64,000 nt of DNA, from sequence record OK040907. One strand, given 5' to 3'. Under the pieces are notes generated by a model. The model made no database searches and was not told the origin of the DNA. It saw nothing but the letters and a program-made list of their open reading frames with translations. The DNA comes from Enterobacteria phage Ac3. This document shows positions 14,098-25,315 of the stretch, one piece after another (the stretch's first letter is position 1; every line of letters begins with the position of its first letter). The translations under genes were made by a program, and so were the position numbers.

Positions 14098-14778
14098 TTA
14101 TTTTAATGTTACGAAAGAAGAATTGCGTGTTTCACGAATTAAAACTGATCCGTCGCGATTAATGTAATAAATTAAGCTAAACAAAGTTTGGTGTGCTGAC
14201 GCGTGTTCAAAACTAGTTGGATGAGATTTCCAATCAGGAGTTTCAGCGATCCATTGATAAATCCACCAAGGAACCGTACAGAATCCTGGATTTTTCCCCA
14301 ATAATTGAAGATTCGGGCTAAAGTTTTCCGGAAGAGTAAATACAGACGGCTTTTCAGATTCAATAATCTTATCTACAGCTTGTTCAAACTTTTCTTCAAC
14401 AAAAGGAGTGTCTTCAATCAAAACATCAGTATTTTCAGGAATTTTATCCGTTTCTACCACTTCAATTTTAATATCAGATTTAACTGGAGAATCAATCAGA
14501 AGTGCTGCTTCTGGATTAACTTCTTCATCGTCATATTTTAATCCCTCTGCAGCATCAGCAGCATCAATTAAGTCTTTAATAGATAACCCATCAGTCTCTG
14601 GCATAGGTTCACTAGCGAGCTTCTGGAGGGCTTCTTCAATATCAACAACGATATTATCAAAAGATTTATTCTTTTTGACCTTTATACCAAATTGCTCAGC
14701 ATATTCAGCTAATTTAGCTTTAGCTTCTTTATTATCATCAAGAGCCTTTAACTCTGCAATATAATCTTTATCTATCAT
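14098..14778 (-). CDS. inh: Inhibitor of prohead protease
   Basis: 226 aa as T4 Inh; position downstream of hoc. Confidence 0.8.
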   Translation of the reverse strand: MIDKDYIAELKALDDNKEAKAKLAEYAEQFGIKVKKNKSFDNIVVDIEEALQKLASEPMPETDGLSIKDLIDAADAAEGLKYDDEEVNPEAALLIDSPVKSDIKIEVVETDKIPENTDVLIEDTPFVEEKFEQAVDKIIESEKPSVFTLPENFSPNLQLLGKNPGFCTVPWWIYQWIAETPDWKSHPTSFEHASAHQTLFSLIYYINRDGSVLIRETRNSSFVTLK

Positions 14779-14791
14779 AATATTTCCTCAG

Positions 14792-14799
14792 TATAAATA
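14792..14799 (+). promoter_or_regulatory. Late promoter TATAAATA upstream of uvsW
   Basis: Exact TATAAATA 29 nt upstream of uvsW ATG. Confidence 0.6.
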
Positions 14800-14828
14800 T
14801 AGATATATTTATTACATGGTATTTAGAC

Positions 14829-16340
14829 ATGACTGACATTAAAGTACATTTTTATGATTTTAGTCACGTGAGAATTGATTGTGAAGAAAGTACATTTCAT
14901 GAACTCCGTGATTTCTTTAGCTTCGAAGCTGATGGGTATCGTTTTAATCCGAAATACAAATATGGCCACTGGGATGGACGAATCCGTCTTTTAGATTATA
15001 ATCGTCTTCTTCCATTCGGCTTAGTCGGGCAAATTAAAAAGTTCTGTGATAACTTTGGCTATAAAGCCTGGATTGACCCACAAATTAACGAAAAAGAAGA
15101 ATTATCAAGAAAAGATTTTGATGAATGGCTTTCTAAATTAGAAATCTATTCAGGAAATAAAAGAATTGAACCACACTGGTATCAAAAAGATGCAGTGTTC
15201 GAAGGATTAGTTAATCGTCGTAGAATTCTTAATCTTCCAACATCCGCTGGTAAATCTTTAATTCAGGCTCTGCTCGCTCGGTATTATTTGGAAAATTACG
15301 AAGGTAAAATTCTTATCATTGTTCCAACAACTGCTCTAACAACTCAGATGGCTGATGACTTCGTTGACTATCGTTTATTCAGTCATGCAATGATAAAGAA
15401 AATTGGTGGCGGAGCATCAAAAGATGATAAATATAAAAATGATGCACCAGTCGTTGTTGGTACATGGCAAACTGTAGTTAAACAACCAAAAGAATGGTTC
15501 TCACAGTTTGGAATGATGATGAATGATGAATGTCATCTTGCTACAGGAAAAAGTATTTCATCTATCATATCAGGTTTAAATAACTGCATGTTCAAATTTG
15601 GTCTATCTGGTTCATTACGTGATGGCAAAGCCAATATCATGCAGTATGTTGGAATGTTTGGTGAAATATTTAAGCCAGTAACGACTTCTAAGTTAATGGA
15701 AGATGGACAAGTAACTGAGCTAAAAATTAATAGTATTTTTCTTCGCTATCCCGATGAGTTCACTACTAAATTAAAGGGAAAAACTTATCAAGAAGAAATA
15801 AAAATTATTACGGGGCTTAGTAAAAGAAATAAATGGATCGCTAAATTAGCTATTAAGCTTGCGCAAAAAGATGAAAACGCTTTTGTCATGTTTAAACATG
15901 TATCACATGGTAAAGCTATTTTCGATTTAATTAAAAATGAATATGATAAAGTTTATTACGTATCAGGGGAAGTTGATACCGAAACCCGCAATATAATGAA
16001 AACCTTAGCTGAAAATGGTAAAGGAATAATTATAGTAGCTAGTTATGGTGTATTTTCTACTGGTATTTCAGTTAAAAATCTGCACCACGTTGTTTTAGCA
16101 CACGGTGTTAAATCAAAAATCATTGTATTACAAACAATCGGTCGTGTATTACGTAAGCATGGTTCTAAGACAATAGCAACAGTCTGGGACCTCATAGATG
16201 ATTGTGGTGTTAAGCCAAAATCTGCTAATACGAAAAAGAAATATGTTCATTTGAACTATCTTTTAAAACACGGCATTGATCGTATTCAGCGCTACGCAGA
16301 TGAAAAATTTAATTACGTAATGAAAACAGTTAATTTATAA
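14829..16340 (+). CDS. uvsW: UvsW SF2 DNA helicase
   Basis: 503 aa; Walker A PTSAGKS and DECH box; matches T4 UvsW. Confidence 0.95.
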   Translation: MTDIKVHFYDFSHVRIDCEESTFHELRDFFSFEADGYRFNPKYKYGHWDGRIRLLDYNRLLPFGLVGQIKKFCDNFGYKAWIDPQINEKEELSRKDFDEWLSKLEIYSGNKRIEPHWYQKDAVFEGLVNRRRILNLPTSAGKSLIQALLARYYLENYEGKILIIVPTTALTTQMADDFVDYRLFSHAMIKKIGGGASKDDKYKNDAPVVVGTWQTVVKQPKEWFSQFGMMMNDECHLATGKSISSIISGLNNCMFKFGLSGSLRDGKANIMQYVGMFGEIFKPVTTSKLMEDGQVTELKINSIFLRYPDEFTTKLKGKTYQEEIKIITGLSKRNKWIAKLAIKLAQKDENAFVMFKHVSHGKAIFDLIKNEYDKVYYVSGEVDTETRNIMKTLAENGKGIIIVASYGVFSTGISVKNLHHVVLAHGVKSKIIVLQTIGRVLRKHGSKTIATVWDLIDDCGVKPKSANTKKKYVHLNYLLKHGIDRIQRYADEKFNYVMKTVNL

Positions 16341-16352
16341 GGGCTTCGGCCC
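16341..16352 (+). terminator. Hairpin gggcttcggccc after uvsW
   Basis: GC stem with UUCG-type loop. Confidence 0.45.
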
Positions 16353-16353
16353 T

Positions 16354-16596
16354 TTGGAGAAAAAGATGTTACTAGAATTTAAACAATTTCTTTATGAAGC
16401 TTCTATTGATGAATTTATGGGTAAAATTGCCTCTTGCCAAACGATAGAAGGTTTAGAAGAACTTGAAGCTTATTATAAGAAAAGAGTTAAAGAAACTGAA
16501 TTAAAAGATACTGATGACATCTCAGTCAGAGATGCTTTGGCAGGAAAAAGAGCTGAATTAGAAGATTCAGACGATGAAGTAGAAGAAAGCTTTTAA
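16354..16596 (+). CDS. uvsW.1: UvsW.1 small acidic protein
   Basis: 80 aa ORF directly after uvsW, as in T4. Confidence 0.8.
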   Translation: MEKKMLLEFKQFLYEASIDEFMGKIASCQTIEGLEELEAYYKKRVKETELKDTDDISVRDALAGKRAELEDSDDEVEESF

Positions 16597-16651
16597 ATTA
16601 AAAAAGGCCCAACCAAAAAGGAAGGGCCAAAACTATAGACTAAAGGTCACA

Positions 16652-16819
16652 CTATAGCAAAAGTTGTGTTTCATTTAATTGTTCTTCCGAACTTTCTGAA
16701 ACTGGTAGTTCTTTAATGTAATTATAGCAAGGCCCAGGATGTACAGGACCTTTGTCTGTTTCAACAACCAATGCAGAATCGATTGGAGTTTTACAGACAA
16801 CACAAATCTTATCTGACAT
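16652..16819 (-). CDS. Small Cys-containing protein (uvsY.-2-like), 55 aa
   Basis: Manual translation MSDKICVVCKTPID...; below the ORF-track length cut-off; late promoter just upstream. Confidence 0.5.
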   Translation of the reverse strand: MSDKICVVCKTPIDSALVVETDKGPVHPGPCYNYIKELPVSESSEEQLNETQLLL

Positions 16820-16844
16820 GATTGTCTCCTCTGAATTATATATC

Positions 16845-16852
16845 TATTTATA
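16845..16852 (-). promoter_or_regulatory. Late promoter TATAAATA (minus strand) upstream of the 55-aa ORF
   Basis: Plus-strand tatttata, 25 nt upstream of the minus-strand ATG at 16819. Confidence 0.5.
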
Positions 16853-16942
16853 ACCCCATCTTAAAGCGCATTTCTTGTACACGCTTTAAACATGCTTCCA
16901 TTTCTGCTAAAAGTCTAAATACTTCTTTATAATTTGTCATAT

Positions 16943-17170
16943 TTACCCCATATCTCTCATATGCATATCAATGCCCATATCTTTAGAATAAAAATATTCA
17001 TCAAGATATCCGGCAAATTTTCCTTTAATATAAAGGACATCTTCACCACACGGGTGGTCGGCCAGGATACGAATATCCTGACGCTTAAGATTATGCTTTT
17101 TCATTAAGAATTGAATTTCCGTTTCAAATTCTTCTTCATAATTAAAAGCGTCATCAATGTTATATCTCAT
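16943..17170 (-). CDS. Hypothetical protein (uvsY.-1-like)
   Basis: 75 aa ORF translationally coupled to uvsY (ATGA-style overlap). Confidence 0.6.
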   Translation of the reverse strand: MRYNIDDAFNYEEEFETEIQFLMKKHNLKRQDIRILADHPCGEDVLYIKGKFAGYLDEYFYSKDMGIDMHMRDMG

Positions 17171-17583
17171 TATTTTCCAGCCTCAAATGCCCGCATGTCT
17201 TGAATATGCTTAATAGCAAATCCTCGTGATTTGATAGCATCAAGAGCTCCGCTACAGAAATCTAATAAAATTCCCCAATATTGTAATGAAGTATCAACCT
17301 TTAAAACATCCTTATCAGCTGATAGAACTGTTTTCATTTCTGATTTCTCGTAACGATCCATACTAAATTCATCACCATCTCCTCGTCCCGAGTAGTAGTC
17401 TAATTTAGCTTTAAGAGCAACTTTTTTCTGTGCTTCAATTCTAAGCATTTCCTTTTTAATACTTGAATGCTTATTAAGCCATTTACTATATAACATCACA
17501 TTATTAGCTGCTTCATACTGTAATTTAGTCGAATCTATAAACACATCTTTCTTCAATTCTTCTTGAAGATCTTCTAATCTCAT
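17170..17583 (-). CDS. uvsY: UvsY recombination mediator
   Basis: 137 aa, matches T4 UvsY. Confidence 0.9.
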   Translation of the reverse strand: MRLEDLQEELKKDVFIDSTKLQYEAANNVMLYSKWLNKHSSIKKEMLRIEAQKKVALKAKLDYYSGRGDGDEFSMDRYEKSEMKTVLSADKDVLKVDTSLQYWGILLDFCSGALDAIKSRGFAIKHIQDMRAFEAGK

Positions 17584-17649
17584 ATTGTTCTCTATTCAAT
17601 TGTTATTGGATGGACTTAGATTCATTATACCACGTTTATACGTGAAGCA

Positions 17650-18048
17650 TTATACTCTATTACTGGAAGCCAGTTGTAGTTTTATCTGCTCAATATCATC
17701 AGGGTTATCGATGACTGAAAAGCGTATTTCTACTATCAAAGTATAATCATCATAAACCGGTATTACATTAACTGCTAATTTATCAATACGTGGCTCATAG
17801 TTTCTTACTGCGCTTTCGATATTACGCTCAACCGTGTCAGCAGTAAGAGGAGTCATATTCTCAAAAAGTTGGTCAGATAAATCGCATCCAAATTCAGGGT
17901 CAAACGGTCTTGAACCTTTTCTTGTTGTAATAATTCCTAAAAGACTATTTTTAATTGACCTTAATCCAAGTGATCTTGAAACGTCTTTGTTCCAATCCAT
18001 TTTCATCTCTGGGTCAATATCAGAATAAAGCTTATTAATATTTGCCAT
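17650..18048 (-). CDS. 25: Baseplate wedge protein (lysozyme-fold)
   Basis: 132 aa as T4 gp25; position. Confidence 0.9.
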   Translation of the reverse strand: MANINKLYSDIDPEMKMDWNKDVSRSLGLRSIKNSLLGIITTRKGSRPFDPEFGCDLSDQLFENMTPLTADTVERNIESAVRNYEPRIDKLAVNVIPVYDDYTLIVEIRFSVIDNPDDIEQIKLQLASSNRV

Positions 18049-18674
18049 TACAATAGCTCAAAGAATTCTTTGAGTCCTCTTATTACATGAGCGTGGGTTT
18101 TTCCACACTCTGGACACTTAATTGGAACAGCCAAATAAACAGTAGGCTTTAAAAGCATATCTTTTATAGCTACAATATCTGACTCTGTGATGATAGAATA
18201 TAAATCTTCCAATTCTTTTTCATTTAAGTCTTCAACTGGAATGCTTTCACCGTTAGCATGAATCGTTTCTATACATGATACTATCATGTGGGCTATATTT
18301 TTATCATCAAAAATTTTAGGGTAATGGAATTTAATTTTAATGTCACCCAGTGTATACCAGAGGTCTTCTGGTGCATCTATTTGTGTATGTAATAGATTTA
18401 TATGGGTTGGTATTTCAGTTCCACAGGTGCACTTCCAGGAGTTTTCGTGATTAACTTCTCCAAGAGAATGCGCCCATAAATGAATCAGTAATAGTTCTGA
18501 TTCTTGGCGGTTTAAATCTTTTGCATTTGTACAGTCTTTGATTAGCTTTTTAACAATCTCTTCTACTGAACCATTCTTTTTAGCAGTAATAAGTTCTAGA
18601 TATTCTTTAAGAGTAAATGCGCGACAGTTGATTATTTTAGAACCAACTCTCACATCAAATTTGTATTCATACAT
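18048..18674 (-). CDS. 26: Baseplate hub protein
   Basis: 208 aa as T4 gp26; position. Confidence 0.85.
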   Translation of the reverse strand: MYEYKFDVRVGSKIINCRAFTLKEYLELITAKKNGSVEEIVKKLIKDCTNAKDLNRQESELLLIHLWAHSLGEVNHENSWKCTCGTEIPTHINLLHTQIDAPEDLWYTLGDIKIKFHYPKIFDDKNIAHMIVSCIETIHANGESIPVEDLNEKELEDLYSIITESDIVAIKDMLLKPTVYLAVPIKCPECGKTHAHVIRGLKEFFELL

Positions 18675-18700
18675 ATTTAGCTCCTTTATTTATCATATCT

Positions 18701-18708
18701 TATAAATA
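18701..18708 (+). promoter_or_regulatory. Late promoter TATAAATA upstream of gene 51
   Basis: Exact TATAAATA 18 nt upstream of ATG; strong RBS aaaggag. Confidence 0.6.
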
Positions 18709-18725
18709 GAATAAAAGGAGCATCT

Positions 18726-19478
18726 ATGGCAAACATTATTCGTTGTAAATTACCAGATGGTGTTCATCGTTTTAAACCATTTACGGTAGAAGATTATCGA
18801 GATTTTTTGTTAGTTCGAAACGATATAGAACATCGGTCACCACAAGAACAAAAAGAAGTAATTGCTGATTTAATTGCTGATTATTTTGGAGACTATCCAA
18901 AGACTTGGCAACCGTTTATATTTTTGCAGGTATTTGTAGGTTCAATAGGTAAAACTAAAGTACCAGTCACATTCATATGTCCAAAATGTAAAAAAGAAAA
19001 GACAGTTCCATTTGAAATATATCAAAAAGAATTAAAGGAACCTATTTTTGATGTAGCTAATGTTAAAATTAAATTAAATTTTCCTTCTGAGTTTTATGAA
19101 AATAAAGCAAAGATGATTACTGAAAATATTCATTCTGTTCAAGTAGATGAAATGTGGTATGATTGGAAGGAAATTAGTGAATCAAGTCAAATAGAACTTG
19201 TTGACGCCATCGAGATAGAAACATTAGAAAAAATTCTCGATGCAATGAATCCTATTAATTTAACATTGCACATGTCGTGTTGTGATAAGTACATTAAAAA
19301 ATACACTGATATAGTAGATGTGTTTAAGCTATTAGTTAATCCAGATGAGATATTTACTTTTTATCAAATTAATCACACGCTTGTAAAAAGTAATTATAGC
19401 TTAAATTCAATAATGAAAATGATTCCTGCCGAGCGCGGATTCGTATTAAAACTGATTGAGAAGGATAAACATCAATGA
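18726..19478 (+). CDS. 51: Baseplate hub assembly catalyst
   Basis: 250 aa; position and similarity to T4 gp51. Confidence 0.85.
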   Translation: MANIIRCKLPDGVHRFKPFTVEDYRDFLLVRNDIEHRSPQEQKEVIADLIADYFGDYPKTWQPFIFLQVFVGSIGKTKVPVTFICPKCKKEKTVPFEIYQKELKEPIFDVANVKIKLNFPSEFYENKAKMITENIHSVQVDEMWYDWKEISESSQIELVDAIEIETLEKILDAMNPINLTLHMSCCDKYIKKYTDIVDVFKLLVNPDEIFTFYQINHTLVKSNYSLNSIMKMIPAERGFVLKLIEKDKHQ

Positions 19479-20647
19479 GTATGTTACAACGTCCTGGATA
19501 TCCAAATCTCAGCGTTAAATTATTTGAGAGTTATGACGCTTGGAGTAATAATAGATTTGTTGAATTAGCTGCTACTATTACCACATTAACTATGCGTGAC
19601 TCTCTTTATGGTCGAAATGAAGGAATGCTACAATTTTATGATTCTAAAAACATTCATACAAAAATGGATGGAAATGAAATAATTCAGATTTCTGTAGCTA
19701 ATGCAAACGATATTAATAATGTTAAAACCCGAATTTATGGATGCAAGCATTTTTCCGTGTCAGTAGATTCAAAAGGCGATAACATCATTGCTATTGAATT
19801 AGGAACTATTCATTCTATAGAAAATCTTAAATTTGGTAGACCATTTTTCCCTGATGCCGGTGAATCTATAAAGGAAATGCTTGGCGTAATTTATCAAGAT
19901 CGTACATTATTAACTCCAGCGATAAATGCTATTAATGCTTATGTTCCTGATATTCCATGGACTAGCACATTTGAAAACTATTTGTCATATGTAAGAGAAG
20001 TTGCTCTAGCGGTAGGAAGCGATAAGTTCGTATTTGTATGGCAAGACATCATGGGAGTTAACATGATGGACTATGATATGATGATAAATCAAGAACCATA
20101 TCCAATGATTGTAGGTGAGCCAACTTTAATAGGTCAATTCGTCCAAGAATTGAAATATCCATTAGCATATGATTTTGTTTGGTTGACTAAATCAAACCCG
20201 CATAAACGTGATCCAATGAAAAATGCTACTATCTATGCTCATTCATTTTTAGATTCTTCATTACCAATGATTACTACAGGAAAGGGTGAAAACTCTATTG
20301 TAGTGTCAAGGTCAGGTGCTTATTCTGAAATGACTTATAGAAATGGATATGAAGAAGCTATTCGTCTTCAGACTATGGCGCAGTATGATGGTTACGCTAA
20401 ATGTTCTACTGTCGGTAATTTTAACTTGACTCCTGGCGTTAAAATTATTTTTAATGATAGTAAAAACCAATTTAAAACAGAATTTTACGTTGATGAAGTT
20501 ATTCACGAATTATCAAATAATAATTCCGTAACTCATCTTTATATGTTCACTAATGCAACGAAACTGGAAACAATCGACCCAGTTAAGGTTAAAAATGAAT
20601 TTAAAACTGATACTACCACTGAAGAAAGTAGTTCTTCCGATAAGTAA
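19475..20647 (+). CDS. 27: Baseplate hub protein
   Basis: 390 aa; ATGA overlap with gene 51. Confidence 0.9.
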   Translation: MSMLQRPGYPNLSVKLFESYDAWSNNRFVELAATITTLTMRDSLYGRNEGMLQFYDSKNIHTKMDGNEIIQISVANANDINNVKTRIYGCKHFSVSVDSKGDNIIAIELGTIHSIENLKFGRPFFPDAGESIKEMLGVIYQDRTLLTPAINAINAYVPDIPWTSTFENYLSYVREVALAVGSDKFVFVWQDIMGVNMMDYDMMINQEPYPMIVGEPTLIGQFVQELKYPLAYDFVWLTKSNPHKRDPMKNATIYAHSFLDSSLPMITTGKGENSIVVSRSGAYSEMTYRNGYEEAIRLQTMAQYDGYAKCSTVGNFNLTPGVKIIFNDSKNQFKTEFYVDEVIHELSNNNSVTHLYMFTNATKLETIDPVKVKNEFKTDTTTEESSSSDK

Positions 20648-21128
20648 TAAAGAAGTTTCTATTCCTAAGATGGGTCTTAAACATTATAACATTTTAAAAG
20701 ATGTTAAAGGTCCTGATGAAAATTTAAAGCTTCTTATTGATTCTATTTGTCCAAATTTATCACCGGCAGAAGTTGATTTCGTTTCTATTCATTTGCTAGA
20801 ATTTAATGGAAAGATTAAATCTCGTAAAGAAATAGATGGTTATACTTATGATATTAATGACGTTTATGTATGCCAAAGATTGGAATTTCAATACCAAGGA
20901 AATACATTTTATTTTAGACCTCCTGGAAAATTTGAACAATTTTTAACTGTAAGCGATATGTTATCCAAATGCTTGCTTAAGGTCAATGATGAAGTTAAAG
21001 AAATTAATTTTCTTGAGATGCCAGCATTTGTTTTAAAATGGGCAAATGATATTTCTACAACTTTAGCAATTCCTGGCCCTAATGGTCCAATAACCGGAAT
21101 TGGCAATATTATTGGATTATTTGAATGA
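20595..21128 (+). CDS. 28: Baseplate hub distal subunit
   Basis: Start set at internal ATG (MNLKLILP) giving 177 aa as T4 gp28; the track ORF begins upstream inside gene 27. Confidence 0.75.
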   Translation: MNLKLILPLKKVVLPISNKEVSIPKMGLKHYNILKDVKGPDENLKLLIDSICPNLSPAEVDFVSIHLLEFNGKIKSRKEIDGYTYDINDVYVCQRLEFQYQGNTFYFRPPGKFEQFLTVSDMLSKCLLKVNDEVKEINFLEMPAFVLKWANDISTTLAIPGPNGPITGIGNIIGLFE

Positions 21129-22897
21129 AAAAGCCACAAGAAATGCAAACGATGCGTAGAAAAGTTATTTCAGATAATAAACCAACACAGGAAGCGGCTA
21201 AATCCGCTTCTAATACTTTATCTGGACTTAACGATATATCTACGAAATTGGATGATGCTCAAGCTGCTTCTGAATTAATAGCTCAGACTGTTGAAGAAAA
21301 ATCAAATGAAATAGTTGGAGCAATTGATAACGTTGAAAGCGCAGTAAGTGATACTACTGCCGGTTCTGAGTTAATTGCTGAAACTGTTGAAATTGGAAAC
21401 AATATTAATAAAGAAATCGGTGAATCGCTCGGAAGCAAATTAGATAAATTAACAAGTTTACTGGAACAAAAAATTCAGACAGCTGGAATTCAGCAAACTG
21501 GAACGAGTTTAGCAGTAGTCGAAAATGCTATTCCTGTTAAAGTCGTCGAGGATGATACAGCTGAATCTGTGGGTCCTTTATTACCGGCTCCTGAAGCAGT
21601 TAATAATGATCCTGATGCTGATTTTTTCCCTACTCCTCAGCCAATTGAACCAAAACAAGAGTCTCCAGAAGAGAAGCAAAAAAGAGACGCATTTAACTTA
21701 AAATTATCTCAAGCTTTAGATAAATTAACAAAGACAGTTGATTTCGGATTTAAGAAATCTATTTCAATTACTGATAAAATATCTAGCATGCTATTTAAGT
21801 ATACCGTCAGTGCTGCTATTGAAGCTGCTAAAATGGTTGCATTGATAATGGCTGTTGTTATTGGAATAGACCTGCTGATGGTTCATTTTAAATACTGGTC
21901 AGATAAATTTTCAAAAGCCTGGGATTTATTTAGCACTGATTTTACTAAATTCTCTAGCGAAACCGGAACATGGGGTCCTTTATTACAGAGCATCTTTGAT
22001 TCTATTGATGAAATTAAAAAGTTCTGGGAAGCTGGAGATTGGGGCGGATTAACAGTAGCTATTGTTGAAGGGCTTGGAAGTGTTCTTTATAATTTAGGAG
22101 AGCTTATTCAATTAGGTATGGCTAAATTATCTGCAGCAATTCTTCGAGTCATTCCTGGCATGAAGGATACTGCTGATGAAGTAGAAGGAAGAGCATTAGA
22201 AAATTTCCAAAATTCTACTGGAGCATCTCTTAATAAAGAAGACCAAGAAAAAGTAGCAAATTATCAAGATAAACGAATGAATGATGATCTTGGCCCAATA
22301 GCAAAAGGATTAGACAAAATTGCGAACTGGAAAACTCGTGCATCTAACTGGATTCGTGGTGTAGATAATAAAGAAGCATTGACTACTGACGAAGAACGTG
22401 CAGCAGAAGAAGAAAAATTAAAACAACTTTCACCGGAAGAAAGAAAAAATGCTTTAATGAAAGCTAATGAAGCTCGTGCTGCGATGATTCGTTTTGAAAA
22501 ATACGCTGATTCAGCTGATATGAGCAAAGACTCGACAGTTAAATCAATTGAAGCTGCTCATGAAGACCTTAAAAAACGAATGAATGATCCGGATTTAAAT
22601 AATTCACCAGCAGTTAAAAAAGAACTTGCTTCTAGATTTGCTAAAATTGATGCCACTTATCAAGAGCTCAAGAAAAATCAACCTGAAGCAAAACCTGAAA
22701 CTTCTGCTAAATCACCAGAAGCAAAACAGGTCCAGGTGATTGAAAAGAACAAAGCACAACAAGCTCCTGTTCAACAAGCATCTCCTTCAATCAATAATAC
22801 TAATAATGTTATTAAGAAAAATACTGTCGTTCATAATATGACACCTGTCACAAGCACAACTGCTCCTGGTGTATTTGGTGCGACGGGAGTTAATTAA
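21125..22897 (+). CDS. 29: Baseplate hub / tail length determinator
   Basis: 590 aa as T4 gp29. Confidence 0.9.
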   Translation: MKKPQEMQTMRRKVISDNKPTQEAAKSASNTLSGLNDISTKLDDAQAASELIAQTVEEKSNEIVGAIDNVESAVSDTTAGSELIAETVEIGNNINKEIGESLGSKLDKLTSLLEQKIQTAGIQQTGTSLAVVENAIPVKVVEDDTAESVGPLLPAPEAVNNDPDADFFPTPQPIEPKQESPEEKQKRDAFNLKLSQALDKLTKTVDFGFKKSISITDKISSMLFKYTVSAAIEAAKMVALIMAVVIGIDLLMVHFKYWSDKFSKAWDLFSTDFTKFSSETGTWGPLLQSIFDSIDEIKKFWEAGDWGGLTVAIVEGLGSVLYNLGELIQLGMAKLSAAILRVIPGMKDTADEVEGRALENFQNSTGASLNKEDQEKVANYQDKRMNDDLGPIAKGLDKIANWKTRASNWIRGVDNKEALTTDEERAAEEEKLKQLSPEERKNALMKANEARAAMIRFEKYADSADMSKDSTVKSIEAAHEDLKKRMNDPDLNNSPAVKKELASRFAKIDATYQELKKNQPEAKPETSAKSPEAKQVQVIEKNKAQQAPVQQASPSINNTNNVIKKNTVVHNMTPVTSTTAPGVFGATGVN

Positions 22898-22905
22898 GGA
22901 ATAAT

Positions 22906-24000
22906 ATGGCAATTGTTAAAGAAATAACTGCTGATTTAATTAAAAAGTCCGGTGAAACAATTTCAGCCGGACAGAGTACTAAATCAGAAGTAGGAACTAA
23001 AACATACACAGCCCAGTTTCCAACTGGGCGTGCTAGTGGTAATGACACTACAGGGGACTTCCAGGTAACAGATCTATATAAGAATGGATTATTATTTACT
23101 GCATACAATATGTCATCTAGGGATTCTGGAAGTCTTAGAACGATGAGATCTAACTACTCTTCTTCATCTTCGAGTATTTTACGTACAGCCAGAAACACTA
23201 TCAGTAATACAGTATCAAAACTATCAAATGGACTAATATCAGATAATAATTCAGGAACAATAAGTAAAGTTCCTGTTGCAAATATTCTTTTACCTAGATC
23301 TAAATCTGACGTCGATACGTCATCACATAGATTTAATGATGTTCAAGATAGTCTTATTACAAAAGGCGGAGGTACTGCTACTGGTGTGCTAAGTAATATG
23401 GCTTCAACTGCAGTATTTGGTGCGCTTGAAAGTATAACACAAGGAATAATGGCTGATAATAATGAACAGATCTATACAACAGCTAGAAGTATGTATGGCG
23501 GTGCTGAAAATAGAACAAAAGTGTTCACCTGGGATTTGACTCCACGCTCAACAGAAGATTTAATGGCTATTATTAATATCTATCAGTATTTTAACTATTT
23601 TTCTTACGGTGAAACTGGTAAATCTCAATATGCTGCTGAAATAAAAGGATATTTAGATGAGTGGTATCGTTCTACATTTATTGAACCATTAACGCCAGAA
23701 GACGCGATTAAAAACAAGACGTTATTTGAAAAAATGACATCGAGTTTAACGAACGTTCTTGTAGTTTCAAACCCGACAATTTGGATGGTGAAAAACTTTG
23801 GTGCAACTTCTAAATTTGATGGAAAGACTGAAGTATTCGGTCCATGCCAAATACAGAGTATTAGATTTGATAAAACACCAAATGGTAACTTTAATGGATT
23901 AGCTATTGCTCCTAACCTTCCAAGTTCTTTTACACTCGAGATTACTATGAGAGAGATTATTACGTTAAACCGTGCTTCTTTATATACGGGGACTTTCTAA
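22906..24000 (+). CDS. 48: Baseplate tail tube cap
   Basis: 364 aa as T4 gp48. Confidence 0.9.
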   Translation: MAIVKEITADLIKKSGETISAGQSTKSEVGTKTYTAQFPTGRASGNDTTGDFQVTDLYKNGLLFTAYNMSSRDSGSLRTMRSNYSSSSSSILRTARNTISNTVSKLSNGLISDNNSGTISKVPVANILLPRSKSDVDTSSHRFNDVQDSLITKGGGTATGVLSNMASTAVFGALESITQGIMADNNEQIYTTARSMYGGAENRTKVFTWDLTPRSTEDLMAIINIYQYFNYFSYGETGKSQYAAEIKGYLDEWYRSTFIEPLTPEDAIKNKTLFEKMTSSLTNVLVVSNPTIWMVKNFGATSKFDGKTEVFGPCQIQSIRFDKTPNGNFNGLAIAPNLPSSFTLEITMREIITLNRASLYTGTF

Positions 24001-24965
24001 TGTATTCTTTAGAGGAATTTAATAATCAAGCAATAAACGCAGACTTCCAACGTAATAATATGTTCAGCTGTGTTTTTGCTACAACTCCATCAACTAAAAG
24101 CTCATCGTTAATAAGCTCAATTAGTAACTTTGCTTATAATAACTTGGGTCTAAATTCAGATTGGTTGGGATTAACTCAAGGTGATATTAATCAGGGAATT
24201 ACTACGCTAATTACCGCTGGCACACAAAAACTGATAAGAAAATCAGGGGTTAGTAAATATCTTATTGGTGCCATGAGTCAACGTACAGTTCAAAGTTTAT
24301 TAGGCTCATTTACAGTTGGTACATATTTAATTGACTTCTTTAACATGGCATATAACTCATCTGGATTGATGATATATTCTGTAAAAATGCCAGAGAATAG
24401 ATTATCCTATGAAACTGACTGGAACTATAATTCTCCTAATATTCGTATAACTGGAAGAGAATTAGACCCTTTGGTTATTTCATTTAGAATGGATTCAGAA
24501 GCTTGTAACTATCGTGCAATGCAAGACTGGGTTAACGCTGTTCAAGACCCAGTAACTGGATTGCGTGCTTTACCGCAAGATGTCGAGGCAGATATTCAGG
24601 TCAATCTTCATTCTCGCAATGGATTACCACATACTGCGGTGATGTTCACTGGCTGTATTCCAATATCTGTGAGTGCTCCTGAGTTATCATATGATGGAGA
24701 TAACCAAATAACTACATTTGATGTTACTTTCGCTTATAGAGTCATGCAGGCTGGAGCAGTTGATAGACAAGCTGCCCTTGAATGGCTTGAATCTGCTACT
24801 ATAAATGGTATTCAAAGCGTTCTCGGAAATAGTGGAGGTGTTACTGGACTATCTAATTCGCTTTCACGACTTAGTAGATTAGGGGGAACTGCAGGAAGCA
24901 TTTCAAATATTAATACTATGACAGGAATTGTCAATTCGCAAAGTAAAATATTAGGAGCAATATAA
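24000..24965 (+). CDS. 54: Baseplate tail tube initiator
   Basis: 321 aa; tail-tube fold relative of gp19; position. Confidence 0.9.
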   Translation: MYSLEEFNNQAINADFQRNNMFSCVFATTPSTKSSSLISSISNFAYNNLGLNSDWLGLTQGDINQGITTLITAGTQKLIRKSGVSKYLIGAMSQRTVQSLLGSFTVGTYLIDFFNMAYNSSGLMIYSVKMPENRLSYETDWNYNSPNIRITGRELDPLVISFRMDSEACNYRAMQDWVNAVQDPVTGLRALPQDVEADIQVNLHSRNGLPHTAVMFTGCIPISVSAPELSYDGDNQITTFDVTFAYRVMQAGAVDRQAALEWLESATINGIQSVLGNSGGVTGLSNSLSRLSRLGGTAGSISNINTMTGIVNSQSKILGAI

Positions 24966-24969
24966 CAAT

Positions 24970-24987
24970 GGGGACCTTTCGGTCCCC
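24970..24987. terminator. Bidirectional hairpin ggggacctttcggtcccc between convergent genes
   Basis: Perfect 7-bp GC stem flanked by T/A runs. Confidence 0.55.
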
Positions 24988-24993
24988 ATATTT

Positions 24994-25284
24994 TTATTTA
25001 CGGAATGAAATAAAAGCAGCAACTGAAGCAACAGAGGTTTCTTCAATATAAACCTCAATTTTTACCGGAGCTTCTGACTCAAATTTACCTGTTACTACAC
25101 CTTGGAAAATACTTTCAGTCTGTTCTGGCTTTGAAAAATTTTCAGAAGGAAAAATTCCGAACTTTTTATCTGTTCCAAAAATTTTGATAAATTCATCGTA
25201 AACTGCTTCATTGAAAGCGTTATCAGCGGGAATAACGCCTTCAACGACGAGTTCTTGACCTAAAAAGCGCAAAGAAGATTTCAT
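24994..25284 (-). CDS. Hypothetical early protein (alt.-3 position)
   Basis: 96 aa ORF with early promoter and gaggaa RBS upstream. Confidence 0.6.
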   Translation of the reverse strand: MKSSLRFLGQELVVEGVIPADNAFNEAVYDEFIKIFGTDKKFGIFPSENFSKPEQTESIFQGVVTGKFESEAPVKIEVYIEETSVASVAAFISFRK

Positions 25285-25315
25285 TTTGTGTTCCTCATGT
25301 TATGTCAGTAAGACT